This document shows, in pieces, positions 29,908 to 38,520 of a stretch of 64,000 nucleotides of DNA. Below the pieces are notes generated by a model that ran no database searches, had not been told where the DNA came from, and saw only the letters and a program-made list of their open reading frames with translations. The position numbers were made by a program, and so were the translations under genes. Where the stretch lies: contig NZ_CP117180.1 in assembly GCF_033971325.1 (NCBI RefSeq), forward strand, positions 66,041 through 130,040, given 5' to 3'. Source of the DNA: Pampinifervens diazotrophicum. GTDB taxonomy: Bacteria; Aquificota; Aquificia; Aquificales; Aquificaceae. Position 1 is the first letter of the stretch. Every line of letters begins with the position of its first letter.

Positions 29908-30201
29908 TATAATGGCATTAAAAATAACTCAAGCAAACTATCATATCTCCACTTTACAACCTTTGGGAGAGCCTACAGATAGAGAGCATAAAGGAAAACA
30001 CCTCAATGGGTGAGCTGATAGCAAGTAAGCTAAGAGAAAATACCACCGTAATGGAAGTTGAGGATGATTGGCTTCTCAAGCCTCTTGAGTGAATACTGCC
30101 CTCTTAACTTCAAGAAGTAAAAACCCTATTCAGTTGCCAAGATGTCATGGGAGCAAGAGCTCCCCAAAAACCTCTATATGCATTATAGCATACTGCAGGT
30201 T

Positions 30202-31578
30202 CTATTCAAAAAGTGCAACCGCACTCTTTATTAGTCTTTCCAGATCTGCCTGTGTAGGCATTTCTGCGTAGACCCTTATGAGTGGCTCTGTCCCAGATGC
30301 TCTAAGAAGTAGCCAACCGTCATTTTCAAATATCAGCTTAAGACCGTCAAGAGTTATAACCTTTGAAACTTTTAGGTCTCCCACCTTATCTGGTGGGTTT
30401 TCTGTAAGTTCTTTCAGTCTTTGCTTTTTGTCCTCCTCCGCATGAAAGTCTACTCTCTTGAAGTGTGCTTCTCCGTATTCCTTGTATATCTCTGAAATTA
30501 TCTTAGAAATAGGTTTGTCCATAAGGAGCATAAGCTCAAGTATGTTAAGACCTGCAAAAAGCCCATCCCTTTCCGGCAAAAAGTCCACAATGCCATAGCC
30601 TCCGCTCTCTTCTCCTCCAAAGATCACCTTTTCCCTTAAGATAACCTCGTTTATGTTCTTAAAGCCCACAGCCACCTCTCTTAGCTCAACGCCTTCTTTC
30701 CTGCATATCCTGTCCGCCAGGTATGTGGTGGACACGGTCTTTACTACCACGCCATCCCTTTTGCCCTTGTTTTTCAAAAGGTGATAGAGCAAAAGCACAT
30801 AAATAAGTTGTGAGTTTATAAAGTTCCCTTTTTCGTCCACCAAGGCTATACGGTCTCCATCTCCGTCATTGGCTATGCCAAGGTTTGCACCCACAGCCCT
30901 AACTTTCATAATGAGAGGTTCAAGGTGTTTTTCCACTGGCTCTGGTGCATGTCCTCCAAAGAGTGGGTCTCTATAGCTTCTTATACCGCTTACTGAAACT
31001 TTTGTTCCAGATAGCACATGTGAGTATGTGCCAAGAGCAGAGCCATACATGGCATCGTGCACCAGAGAGAGGTCTTTTTGACTAAAAAGCTCCATACTTA
31101 CCCTTCTCTTTATCTCTCTCATATACTCTCCCCAGATGTTTACATACTCTGGTTCAAACTTCTCTGGTTTTATATCCTCTGACCTTTTTATCTCATCCTC
31201 TACCTGTGCTATAAACTCTGGAGTAGCAGAGCCACCAAAGGAGTCCTTTATCTTATATCCGTTATATTCTGGTGGATTATGCGACGCAGTTATCATAACT
31301 CCGTTTTCAAAGCCCATATACTTAACCGCAAAGGAGACCATAGGAGTGGTGCAGGACTTTATGCTAAGATAACACTCAAAGCCAAGGGTTTTAAAAACCC
31401 TGTAGACCTCAAGAGCAAACCTTTCAGACATAAAACGATTATCGTATCCCACTACCACCTTCTTTTTCCCTTGCCTTTCTAAAACCTTTGCATGTGCGTA
31501 GGCTACCTTTCTTACGTTTTCAAAGGTAAAAGCATCACCTATTATGGCTCTCCATCCGTCTGTGCCAAACTTTATCAT
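30202..31578 (-). CDS. Phosphoglucomutase/phosphomannomutase (alpha-D-phosphohexomutase family)
   Basis: Active-site TASHNPPEYNGYK. The ORF track extends to 31695, but the likely start is MIKFGTDGWRA at 31578, which forms an ATGA overlap with the upstream SPFH gene's stop. Confidence 0.85.
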   Translation of the reverse strand: MIKFGTDGWRAIIGDAFTFENVRKVAYAHAKVLERQGKKKVVVGYDNRFMSERFALEVYRVFKTLGFECYLSIKSCTTPMVSFAVKYMGFENGVMITASHNPPEYNGYKIKDSFGGSATPEFIAQVEDEIKRSEDIKPEKFEPEYVNIWGEYMREIKRRVSMELFSQKDLSLVHDAMYGSALGTYSHVLSGTKVSVSGIRSYRDPLFGGHAPEPVEKHLEPLIMKVRAVGANLGIANDGDGDRIALVDEKGNFINSQLIYVLLLYHLLKNKGKRDGVVVKTVSTTYLADRICRKEGVELREVAVGFKNINEVILREKVIFGGEESGGYGIVDFLPERDGLFAGLNILELMLLMDKPISKIISEIYKEYGEAHFKRVDFHAEEDKKQRLKELTENPPDKVGDLKVSKVITLDGLKLIFENDGWLLLRASGTEPLIRVYAEMPTQADLERLIKSAVALFE

Positions 31579-32426
31579 CTTTGACCTCCCTGAGGGACAT
31601 TTATTATAGGCGTCATTCTCGTATCGTAAGGTAGGAGTATTATAGTGTTGTTCTGGCTTCTGGCGTATTCTTGGATGTTTTCTATAAACTTCCACATGAG
31701 GTATTCCCTTGTTAGCGAGCCTGCTATTATTCTGTTGGCTTCCGCTATGCCTTGAGCCTCTACCTTTTTCCTCTCCGCTTCAAGCTTTTCCTTCTCTAAA
31801 AGAAACTGCATCCTTTGAGCTTCCTCATAAGCCTTTCGCTTTTCCTCTATTGCCCTAACCACGCTTTCTGGAAGCCTTATATCCCTTATAAGCACATCCT
31901 CAAGTATTAAGTATCTTCTTGTAAGTTGCTCGCTCACCTCCCTTTTTATCTTCTCTTGCAGTTTTTGTCTTTCTTGATAAACCACAGAGCTTTCCATCTC
32001 CGCTATAGCGTCCCTGACCGCAGTCCTAACTACTTGCTTTATTATCTTCTCCTCATAGTCTGGTCCATATTCTCTTATAAGCTCTGGAGCTTTGTTAGCA
32101 TCCACCCTGTAGAGAATTGCCACATCCATGCTAACAGGCAAGCCGTCCTTAGAAAGACTGCTTATGGGGTTTTGCTTTTCTTTTGTGAACTCCACAGCCC
32201 TTGTCCTTATCTCTATCTTTTCCACTGTCTGCAAAAGAGGAATTCTAAGGTGCAGACCCTCCCTTAGTGGCACTGGGTCAATTTTTCCTAAGGTTCTCTT
32301 TACACCCACAAAGCCAGACTGGACTATCACTAAAGGGTTGCCAGCGAGAATGAGAAAAAAAAGAACTCCAAGGAAAACCGCAAAGTATCCCAAGGACTTA
32401 AGTCCTTCAAGTTGTGAGCTTTTCAT
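31575..32426 (-). CDS. SPFH/band-7 (prohibitin/HflC-like) membrane protein
   Basis: N-terminal TM, SPFH domain, C-terminal coiled-coil rich in E/K/A. Confidence 0.8.
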   Translation of the reverse strand: MKSSQLEGLKSLGYFAVFLGVLFFLILAGNPLVIVQSGFVGVKRTLGKIDPVPLREGLHLRIPLLQTVEKIEIRTRAVEFTKEKQNPISSLSKDGLPVSMDVAILYRVDANKAPELIREYGPDYEEKIIKQVVRTAVRDAIAEMESSVVYQERQKLQEKIKREVSEQLTRRYLILEDVLIRDIRLPESVVRAIEEKRKAYEEAQRMQFLLEKEKLEAERKKVEAQGIAEANRIIAGSLTREYLMWKFIENIQEYARSQNNTIILLPYDTRMTPIINVPQGGQR

Positions 32427-32469
32427 CTTCAGCCTCCTCCTGAAAAGAAATTATAATTTAAGTTCATAT

Positions 32470-33567
32470 ATGATTGCACAAGACAGCTTAAAGGAAGCAT
32501 TACGGAAAAACAAGCTAAAAAGCGAGATCTTCGGAAATCTTGAATACTTAAGGTTTACCGACGACTTTAAGGATATCCCACGAGGCACCGCTCTTTTCAA
32601 AGACATGGTAATGTGGGGCTATCCTCATATAGGTAGGATATTTCAGCTTTCCACTGGCATTCCTGAGCAGTTTTCTGCTCCCTTTTGGGTTGAAGAGAAG
32701 GTTGATGGATACAATGTGAGAGTTTTTATGCACCAGGGAGAAATTTATGCTCTCACGAGAGGCGGATATGTTTGTGCTTTTACTACAGATAGGGTTCTTG
32801 ATTTTGTAGAGCCTGCCTTTTTTGAAGACAATCCCGACCTTGTGCTATGCATGGAAGTGGCAGGACCTGAAAACCCTTACGTGGAAGAGAGCCCTCCCTA
32901 TGTAAAGGAAGATGTGAAGTTCTTCCTTTTTGATATAATGCGGAAAAACCATCAAGGCTTTCTGCCCTACAGGGAGAAGTTGAGGCTTATTGAAAAATAC
33001 AACCTTCCCAGCGTAGAGCGGTATGGACTATACACTCCAGAGCAGATAGAGGACCTAAAGGCTCTTCTCAGGAAGCTAAATGAGGAAAGAAGGGAAGGTG
33101 TGGTTTTAAAGGAAGATTCAGAGAGGGATAAGAGAGTGAAGTATATTACAAGCTACGCCAATCTTAACGATATAAGGATAACATCTCTCAATATGCTTGG
33201 ACTTCCTGCGGACTATTACACCAACAGACTCTTACGACTTGCTCTGTTTATAGAAGAGGAAGAGTTGGAAAAAACTCAAGAACTTTTCAGAGAGCTTGGA
33301 GAAGCCTTTTTGAGTGGTCTATTTGAAGCATGCAAAATGGCAAGGGAAGAAGGCAAAGTCCGTAGGGTATTTAGGTGTAGGTTCAGAAGAAAGGACAATG
33401 CTCTTATATTCATGGAGCAGATGAAACATGCATCCGTTCACATACAGGTAAACCAGCTATCACTAAGGCAAGAAGGAGAGTTTTGGCTTTTGGAGTTTGA
33501 AAAGGTTTTCCTTAATATGACAGGGCTTCTGGGACACCTTTTAAAAGGTGGCTCTCTTATAGATTAG
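32470..33567 (+). CDS. ATP-dependent RNA ligase, Rnl3 (Pab1020/MthRnl-like) family
   Basis: Nucleotidyltransferase motif [12 protein letters not shown] (KxDG lysine), motif III FLFDI, motif IV EGVVLK. The ORF-track entry starts at 32128 but that overlaps the upstream gene. The Met at 32470 (MIAQDSL) is the likely start. Confidence 0.7.
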   Translation: MIAQDSLKEALRKNKLKSEIFGNLEYLRFTDDFKDIPRGTALFKDMVMWGYPHIGRIFQLSTGIPEQFSAPFWVEEKVDGYNVRVFMHQGEIYALTRGGYVCAFTTDRVLDFVEPAFFEDNPDLVLCMEVAGPENPYVEESPPYVKEDVKFFLFDIMRKNHQGFLPYREKLRLIEKYNLPSVERYGLYTPEQIEDLKALLRKLNEERREGVVLKEDSERDKRVKYITSYANLNDIRITSLNMLGLPADYYTNRLLRLALFIEEEELEKTQELFRELGEAFLSGLFEACKMAREEGKVRRVFRCRFRRKDNALIFMEQMKHASVHIQVNQLSLRQEGEFWLLEFEKVFLNMTGLLGHLLKGGSLID

Positions 33568-34145
33568 GTTCTAAGAGTGTAGCTTTCAAGTATTACTCTA
33601 AAACTCCTTGGGTCTATGAGCTTTATGCCCACTTTGTCCGCCCAGTTTCTAAGACCCTCATCACCAGAAACTAACACACCATCAAGCTCGTAAGCCAAGA
33701 GCAAAACATCAAGGTCTTCTTTACTGTCTATTATACCTGTTCTGAGAGCTTCTCTGTATTTTTCTCTTAGCTTGTTTATGAGTTTTCCCACATCTTCTTG
33801 GGTTAGCCTACCTGCTTCCTTTGTGTGCTCCTCTGCAATACGCAGACCCTTGTTTATCCTATAACGCACTTCCTCTATAAACTCGTAAAGAAACTCCGCA
33901 GGAACCATAAGGTTATATCTTCTTGGAGAGCGAATCCTCACCGTAAGCTCAAACCTTGGCTTTAGGCTTCCAAGCTCTACCATTTTGTTAAACTCTTCAT
34001 AAACAGAAGTGGGCATAAAAAACTTTGCCCTACTGTGAGATGCAAGTGTTATAAAATTTTCTATAGCACCGAGCTGGTCTTTCTCAAACTGTGAGTATAC
34101 GTCTGGATTGGTAAATACGCTTGTATCTAAAACAAAAGATTCCAT
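33564..34145 (-). CDS. RNA ligase partner protein, MJ_0950 family (PIN-like)
   Basis: 193 aa starting [11 protein letters not shown], with acidic residues consistent with a PIN-like fold. Members of this family are characteristically encoded next to Rnl3-type RNA ligases. Its 3' end overlaps the ligase 3' end by 4 nt. Confidence 0.6.
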   Translation of the reverse strand: MESFVLDTSVFTNPDVYSQFEKDQLGAIENFITLASHSRAKFFMPTSVYEEFNKMVELGSLKPRFELTVRIRSPRRYNLMVPAEFLYEFIEEVRYRINKGLRIAEEHTKEAGRLTQEDVGKLINKLREKYREALRTGIIDSKEDLDVLLLAYELDGVLVSGDEGLRNWADKVGIKLIDPRSFRVILESYTLRT

Positions 34146-34149
34146 CCTT

Positions 34150-34962
34150 TCATATTATATATTCAAGCACAGAGTCTTTCACCACCTCATAAGGCACATC
34201 ATAGCCCGTCCATATCCTAAAGCTCTCCATACCCTGATATAAGAGCATGTCAAGACCATCCTTGTAAAGACATCCCTTTTCCTTGGCAGACCTTAAAAGT
34301 GGAGTTTCTCTGTAGATGATGTCCATCACCTTATGTCTTGGCTTTAGCTCCTTGTAATCAAATATGGGTGGGTCTTCTTCCTTTAAACCGAGAGATGTGG
34401 TATTGACGATAAGCTCTGCTTCCTCTAAGGCTTCCTCTGGCTTTTTTACATGTATGCACTTAAACTCCTCGCAGAGCCTTTTGGCTTTTCCCTGTGTCCT
34501 GTTCCAAAGGAATACCCTTGCACCTTCAAGTTTTAGGGCGTATAGCACTGCCTTAGCAGAGCCACCTGCACCAAGGACTAAAACCTTAAGGTCTCTGAGG
34601 TTGGGCGTTAGCTCCCTTACTGCCTTGAGAAAACCAATCCAGTCCGTATTATACGCATACACGCCATCCTCTGTAAACTTCAGAGTATTGGCAGACCCTA
34701 TAGCTTGTGCGTGGCTGTCTTTGAAATCCGCAAGTTCAAGGGCTTTTTCCTTGTGAGGCAAGGTTATGTTAACACCCTTTACACCAAGGGCTTTTAAACC
34801 TCTAAGGGCTGTCTCAAAGTCTTCTGGTTTTACTTCAAAGGGAACGTAGACTGCATTTAGTGAGAAATATCTAAAAGCTCTGTTTTGGAAAACTGGAGAT
34901 AGGGAATGTTTTACAGGATAGCCCAGAATACCGTAAACCTGGGTCTTTCCGTCAATGGTCAT
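34150..34962 (-). CDS. aroE: Shikimate dehydrogenase
   Basis: [14 protein letters not shown]-terminal motif and [12 protein letters not shown]-binding motif. Confidence 0.9.
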   Translation of the reverse strand: MTIDGKTQVYGILGYPVKHSLSPVFQNRAFRYFSLNAVYVPFEVKPEDFETALRGLKALGVKGVNITLPHKEKALELADFKDSHAQAIGSANTLKFTEDGVYAYNTDWIGFLKAVRELTPNLRDLKVLVLGAGGSAKAVLYALKLEGARVFLWNRTQGKAKRLCEEFKCIHVKKPEEALEEAELIVNTTSLGLKEEDPPIFDYKELKPRHKVMDIIYRETPLLRSAKEKGCLYKDGLDMLLYQGMESFRIWTGYDVPYEVVKDSVLEYII

Positions 34963-35210
34963 CCAATCTGATACTTGGGTTGAAGTATCTCTACCCTTTT
35001 GACCCAGCTAAGGTTACCCTTTATTGCCATATCCACCACGTTTTTGACGCTCACGTCCGCTATTGGGCAATCAGTGCAACCACCCTCAAACTGAAGATAG
35101 ACCTCACCCTCTCTTATGTCCACAACTTTTAGGTCTCCATGATGCTCTTTTAGGGCTGGTCTTATCCTCTCTAATATTTCTTCCACTTCCTTTAGCTCCT
35201 TTTCTTTCAT
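34959..35210 (-). CDS. NifU-like (Nfu C-terminal domain) Fe-S cluster carrier
   Basis: 83 aa with the GGCTDCP CxxC motif typical of Nfu domains. Confidence 0.75.
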   Translation of the reverse strand: MKEKELKEVEEILERIRPALKEHHGDLKVVDIREGEVYLQFEGGCTDCPIADVSVKNVVDMAIKGNLSWVKRVEILQPKYQIG

Positions 35211-35449
35211 GTTATATCCTCCAGCTGCCTGTATAAATCTTGTATCTCCTGCCAGAGATTTCCCTGAGCTTCGTCATCTAAATCCATCAACCTGCAAAAG
35301 CCCTTGAGAGTTAGCTTGTCCGCAACCACATCCTCTATATCCTCCTCAATGAGGACTCTGTAGCCATACCTCATTAGTATTTCCCTTGCCTGAGGAAAGT
35401 TTTTTAGAAGCTCCATAAGATTTGTGTCTAAAGTTATCCTCTCCTTCAT
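35207..35449 (-). CDS. DUF1858-like small protein
   Basis: ITLDTNLMELLKNFPQAREILMRYG resembles the DUF1858 N-terminal consensus. The domain assignment is from memory. Confidence 0.45.
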   Translation of the reverse strand: MKERITLDTNLMELLKNFPQAREILMRYGYRVLIEEDIEDVVADKLTLKGFCRLMDLDDEAQGNLWQEIQDLYRQLEDIT

Positions 35450-35697
35450 GTTTCCTTTACCTTTTTAACAAAGAGATGGTATTCACCTTCTTCCTCATAA
35501 AGCCCCAAAAACTCCTGACCTGTAGCCTTACACCACGCAGGTATGTCCTCTACCACACCGGGGTCATCCGCCACCAATTCAAGCACCTGTCCCACTTGCA
35601 TTGTCTTTATCATCTTTGCAGTCTCGGCCACTGGCACAGGACAAAAAGTGCCTACCACATCGTGAACCACATCTGGCTTTATATCCTCAATTTCCAT
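35446..35697 (-). CDS. TusA-like sulfurtransferase (SirA/YedF/YeeD family)
   Basis: 83 aa with the conserved CPxP motif (GTFCPVPV). Confidence 0.75.
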   Translation of the reverse strand: MEIEDIKPDVVHDVVGTFCPVPVAETAKMIKTMQVGQVLELVADDPGVVEDIPAWCKATGQEFLGLYEEEGEYHLFVKKVKET

Positions 35698-36733
35698 GAT
35701 TTACCCCCTGTCTATTGTATATTTTAAGAGACTCCACAAGCTCTTCCGCTGGAGGCTCTCCCAAAAGGCTATATTCCACGCCTCCAAGGTTTAGCACAAC
35801 CTCGCAGGGTTCGTTTTTTGAATACCTTGCTATAAGGTCTGCGACAAGTTTTTTCTCCTCTCGACTTAGGCTACCCTTTATTATGGCAAAAGTGCCTTTT
35901 AGGTCTTTTCTATAGGCATAATCGTATCTGCTTTTAAATCCCTGAAGAAACCTCACTTCTCCCTCATTCCTTGCCATTATTAGCTTTGCACCAGAAGGAA
36001 GTCTAAAGTGTCTACCCACAGAGAAAAGCACCAGGTCATCCCTCGTTATAACACCTTCCACTGCAAAGGCTTCTTTAAACCTATAGGCATAATTTTCGTC
36101 TGTAAGATAACAACATCCACCTGCAGGTTGTTCGTAGTCAATACCATACTTCTTTACCAGTGCTATCTGCTTTTTCCTACCTCTTCCACTTATGGCTAAA
36201 AGCCTTTCCCTGTCTACCCACCCAAGCCTTTCAGGTATAGTTTCAGGGAGCAGTTTTGCAGAAAGGGGTCTGAGTATATATCCCTCAAGCCCAGACTCCT
36301 TTTCTATAAGCATAAGCCTTTCGTAGGTCTGGCTCATAGGTCTTTGACCGAGCACCTCACCGGTTATAACGAAGTGATAATCTTCTTTTTCCATAATCTC
36401 CTTAGCTTTTTTGAGCATAAATATTCTACAATCTACACAAGGGTTTACGTTTTTGCCGTAGCCATGTCTTGGATTGAGAATTATCTCAAAGTATTCTTCA
36501 GATATATCCACTATTTCTATAGGAATTTTAAGATGGGCTGCTGCCCTAAGAGCAGGGTTAACATAGTGCGACCCGTCTTCTCTCCTCAGTCCAAGGCGTC
36601 TTTTATGCTCAGTGATGCAAAAGCCAGTATAAAAGTGCAGTGCCTTAACCTCAACGCCTTGGTCCTGAAGGAGGCGGACCGCTAAAGAGCTGTCCAGCCC
36701 TCCAGAGAAAAGAGCAACAGCCCGCACTTTCAT
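35687..36733 (-). CDS. PP-loop ATP pyrophosphatase of the tRNA 2-thiouridylase (MnmA-like) family; CxxC variant suggests the Fe-S-dependent type
   Basis: PP-loop SGGLDSS. NPCVDCRIFMLKKAKE aligns with the MnmA NPDILCNKEIKFK region, with Asp replaced by Cys (CxxC). Further Cys residues downstream. The neighbours are Fe-S and sulfur-relay genes. Confidence 0.55.
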   Translation of the reverse strand: MKVRAVALFSGGLDSSLAVRLLQDQGVEVKALHFYTGFCITEHKRRLGLRREDGSHYVNPALRAAAHLKIPIEIVDISEEYFEIILNPRHGYGKNVNPCVDCRIFMLKKAKEIMEKEDYHFVITGEVLGQRPMSQTYERLMLIEKESGLEGYILRPLSAKLLPETIPERLGWVDRERLLAISGRGRKKQIALVKKYGIDYEQPAGGCCYLTDENYAYRFKEAFAVEGVITRDDLVLFSVGRHFRLPSGAKLIMARNEGEVRFLQGFKSRYDYAYRKDLKGTFAIIKGSLSREEKKLVADLIARYSKNEPCEVVLNLGGVEYSLLGEPPAEELVESLKIYNRQGVNHGN

Positions 36734-37191
36734 GTGGATAGGAATTCAAACTCTCTGCTTTCTTCCTCTTCCTCTTCGTAGCAGTCAGGTATACGCGTAG
36801 CCTCTTCTATTCTTCCCTGCTTGAGAAGGTAGTCCTTTATAGCCACATGCAGTGTTTCAAGCCCAAGATTTGTGCAGTGTATCTTCTGTGGAGGAAGACC
36901 GCCAAGCTCGTCAAAGATGTCCTTGTATGTGAGGTTTAGAGCGTAGCTTATAGGCTTCCCTTTTATCATCTCTGTAAGTTGAGAGGAGACCGCTATGGCG
37001 GAGCCACATCCAAAGGTCTTAAATCTCACATCCTCTATAATATCGTTTTCTGGATTGACCTTGAGGGTAAAAAGCATGGCATCACCACAGGCTGGATTGC
37101 CACACTGCCCTATGGCGTTGGCATCCTCAAGCACGCCCACATTCCGTGGGTTCAAAAAGTGGTCAAGCACCTTCTCGCTGTATTCAAACAT
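36730..37191 (-). CDS. iscU: IscU/NifU N-terminal-type Fe-S cluster scaffold
   Basis: Conserved Cys-containing motifs GNPACGD, FGCGSAIA, HCTNL (about the LPPVK region), with an acidic tail. Confidence 0.85.
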   Translation of the reverse strand: MFEYSEKVLDHFLNPRNVGVLEDANAIGQCGNPACGDAMLFTLKVNPENDIIEDVRFKTFGCGSAIAVSSQLTEMIKGKPISYALNLTYKDIFDELGGLPPQKIHCTNLGLETLHVAIKDYLLKQGRIEEATRIPDCYEEEEEESREFEFLST

Positions 37192-37271
37192 CTTAACACC
37201 TCCTTAACATTGATGAAATAAAATATGACAGTTTTGACCGAAGTTGCTATGACCTTTATCAAAGATATGGC

Positions 37272-37955
37272 TTACATATATTTTTCCACAAGCCACTTGA
37301 AAGTCTTGCTAAGCCTATGGTCATCCTCAAGCTCAAGAAACTCTTTAACCTTCACCTTGCTTATAAAAAGCTTTGAGTGTTCTATTGGCACCGTGCTGTC
37401 TTGCCTGCCGTGGAATACATAAATCTCATAAGGAACTTCTGAGGGAAAGTCTACATGGCTGTCTCTTAGTATTTCATAACCCTTTTTGAGTATATCTACC
37501 GCAAACTCTTTGTTTATGGTAAGTTCAAGACCAGTTTCGCACTCTGTAAAGTTCAGGTCTTCCTTACCCTCCAGCCAATTTTTGCACCTTGCCTCTCCCA
37601 CCTCCTTTACAGTAAGAGCAAGTGTTGAGTAAGAAGGGGCAAAGAGGAAAACCCTTTTGACCTTTTCTGGTTTGTAAAACTTGAGATAGTTTAGAGAGGT
37701 ATATCCACCGTGAGAACTTCCAGAGAGCCAAACTTGGGAAAACTTTTGAGAAAAGCCCTTTACAAGGGCATCCAATACCTCCAAGACCCTGCTCGTGGTA
37801 GTAGTCTGATAGTCCATATCCATAGCAAAGAGGGAAAACCTGCCTTGCAAACTCCTCTCCCTTAGAATGCTTACCTTAGTGCCTTTGATATCGCTGGCAA
37901 ATCCATGAAGGTGTATTAAAATAACCTCAGGGTTGGTAGACTCATAAATGAACAT
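37272..37955 (-). CDS. Alpha/beta hydrolase fold protein (esterase/lipase-like)
   Basis: GSSHGG nucleophile-elbow motif. HGxxD-like and His near the C-terminus. Confidence 0.6.
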   Translation of the reverse strand: MFIYESTNPEVILIHLHGFASDIKGTKVSILRERSLQGRFSLFAMDMDYQTTTTSRVLEVLDALVKGFSQKFSQVWLSGSSHGGYTSLNYLKFYKPEKVKRVFLFAPSYSTLALTVKEVGEARCKNWLEGKEDLNFTECETGLELTINKEFAVDILKKGYEILRDSHVDFPSEVPYEIYVFHGRQDSTVPIEHSKLFISKVKVKEFLELEDDHRLSKTFKWLVEKYM

Positions 37956-38520
37956 AAGAGAAATTATAGAGGATTTAGAGACCAGAAGAAAGGTCTTTCA
38001 TCTTTTTGCACTACTCCTTTGGCTTTTACCTTTGAACTATCTTCCAAGCATTATAACTCTACTGGTTTTTTCCCTTGTGATAGGGTTAAACCTGCTAACT
38101 GTCCTGGGCGTTGGCAAGGAAAGGCTGACTTTTTACTATAGGTTTGTTTACAAACTTGAAAGAGAGAAAAACTACTCAAGACCAGGAATACAGGCTCTGT
38201 GGGCAAACCTTGGAATATTTTCTGTATTTCTACTCTTTGGAAAAGAGCCTGCTATGGTATCTGTGGTAGTGCTTGCAGTAGGAGACGCCTTTGCCAGCGT
38301 GGTAGGAATGAGATACGGTAGAACAAGGATGGGAAGTAAAAGCCTTGAGGGAAGTATAGCCTTTTTCCTTTCAACCTTTCTGGTCCTTTTGCCCTTCTTA
38401 GGTTTGTGGAAGGCTTTTTTGATATGTATATTTTCTGCAATTGTTGAGGCTTTACCAATTAGTGTGGATGACAACTTTAGCGTGCCACTCGTAGCTGGTG
38501 TTTTATACTATATGTTATGA
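37948..38520 (+). CDS. Membrane protein of the CTP-dependent polyprenol (dolichol/phytol) kinase / CdsA-like cytidylyltransferase superfamily
   Basis: 190 aa, 5-6 TM helices, with the motif VLAVGDAFASVVGMRYGRTRMGSKSLEGSIAFF typical of this superfamily. Confidence 0.55.
   Translation: MNIREIIEDLETRRKVFHLFALLLWLLPLNYLPSIITLLVFSLVIGLNLLTVLGVGKERLTFYYRFVYKLEREKNYSRPGIQALWANLGIFSVFLLFGKEPAMVSVVVLAVGDAFASVVGMRYGRTRMGSKSLEGSIAFFLSTFLVLLPFLGLWKAFLICIFSAIVEALPISVDDNFSVPLVAGVLYYML

Noticed and set aside
29693-30201. tmRNA, SRP RNA or RNase P RNA in the large non-coding gap
   Set aside because: No tRNA-like GGTTCGA...CCACCA end. No resume-codon/tag region. No SRP GGAA tetraloop helix-8 motif or P4 helix signatures on either strand. 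The region is AT-rich, unlike thermophile structural RNAs. An unknown sRNA remains possible and is reported as a finding instead.
32128-32469. N-terminal 114 codons of the ORF-track entry for the RNA ligase
   Set aside because: This region overlaps the oppositely oriented SPFH gene and has no ligase motifs. The conserved start is the Met at 32470.
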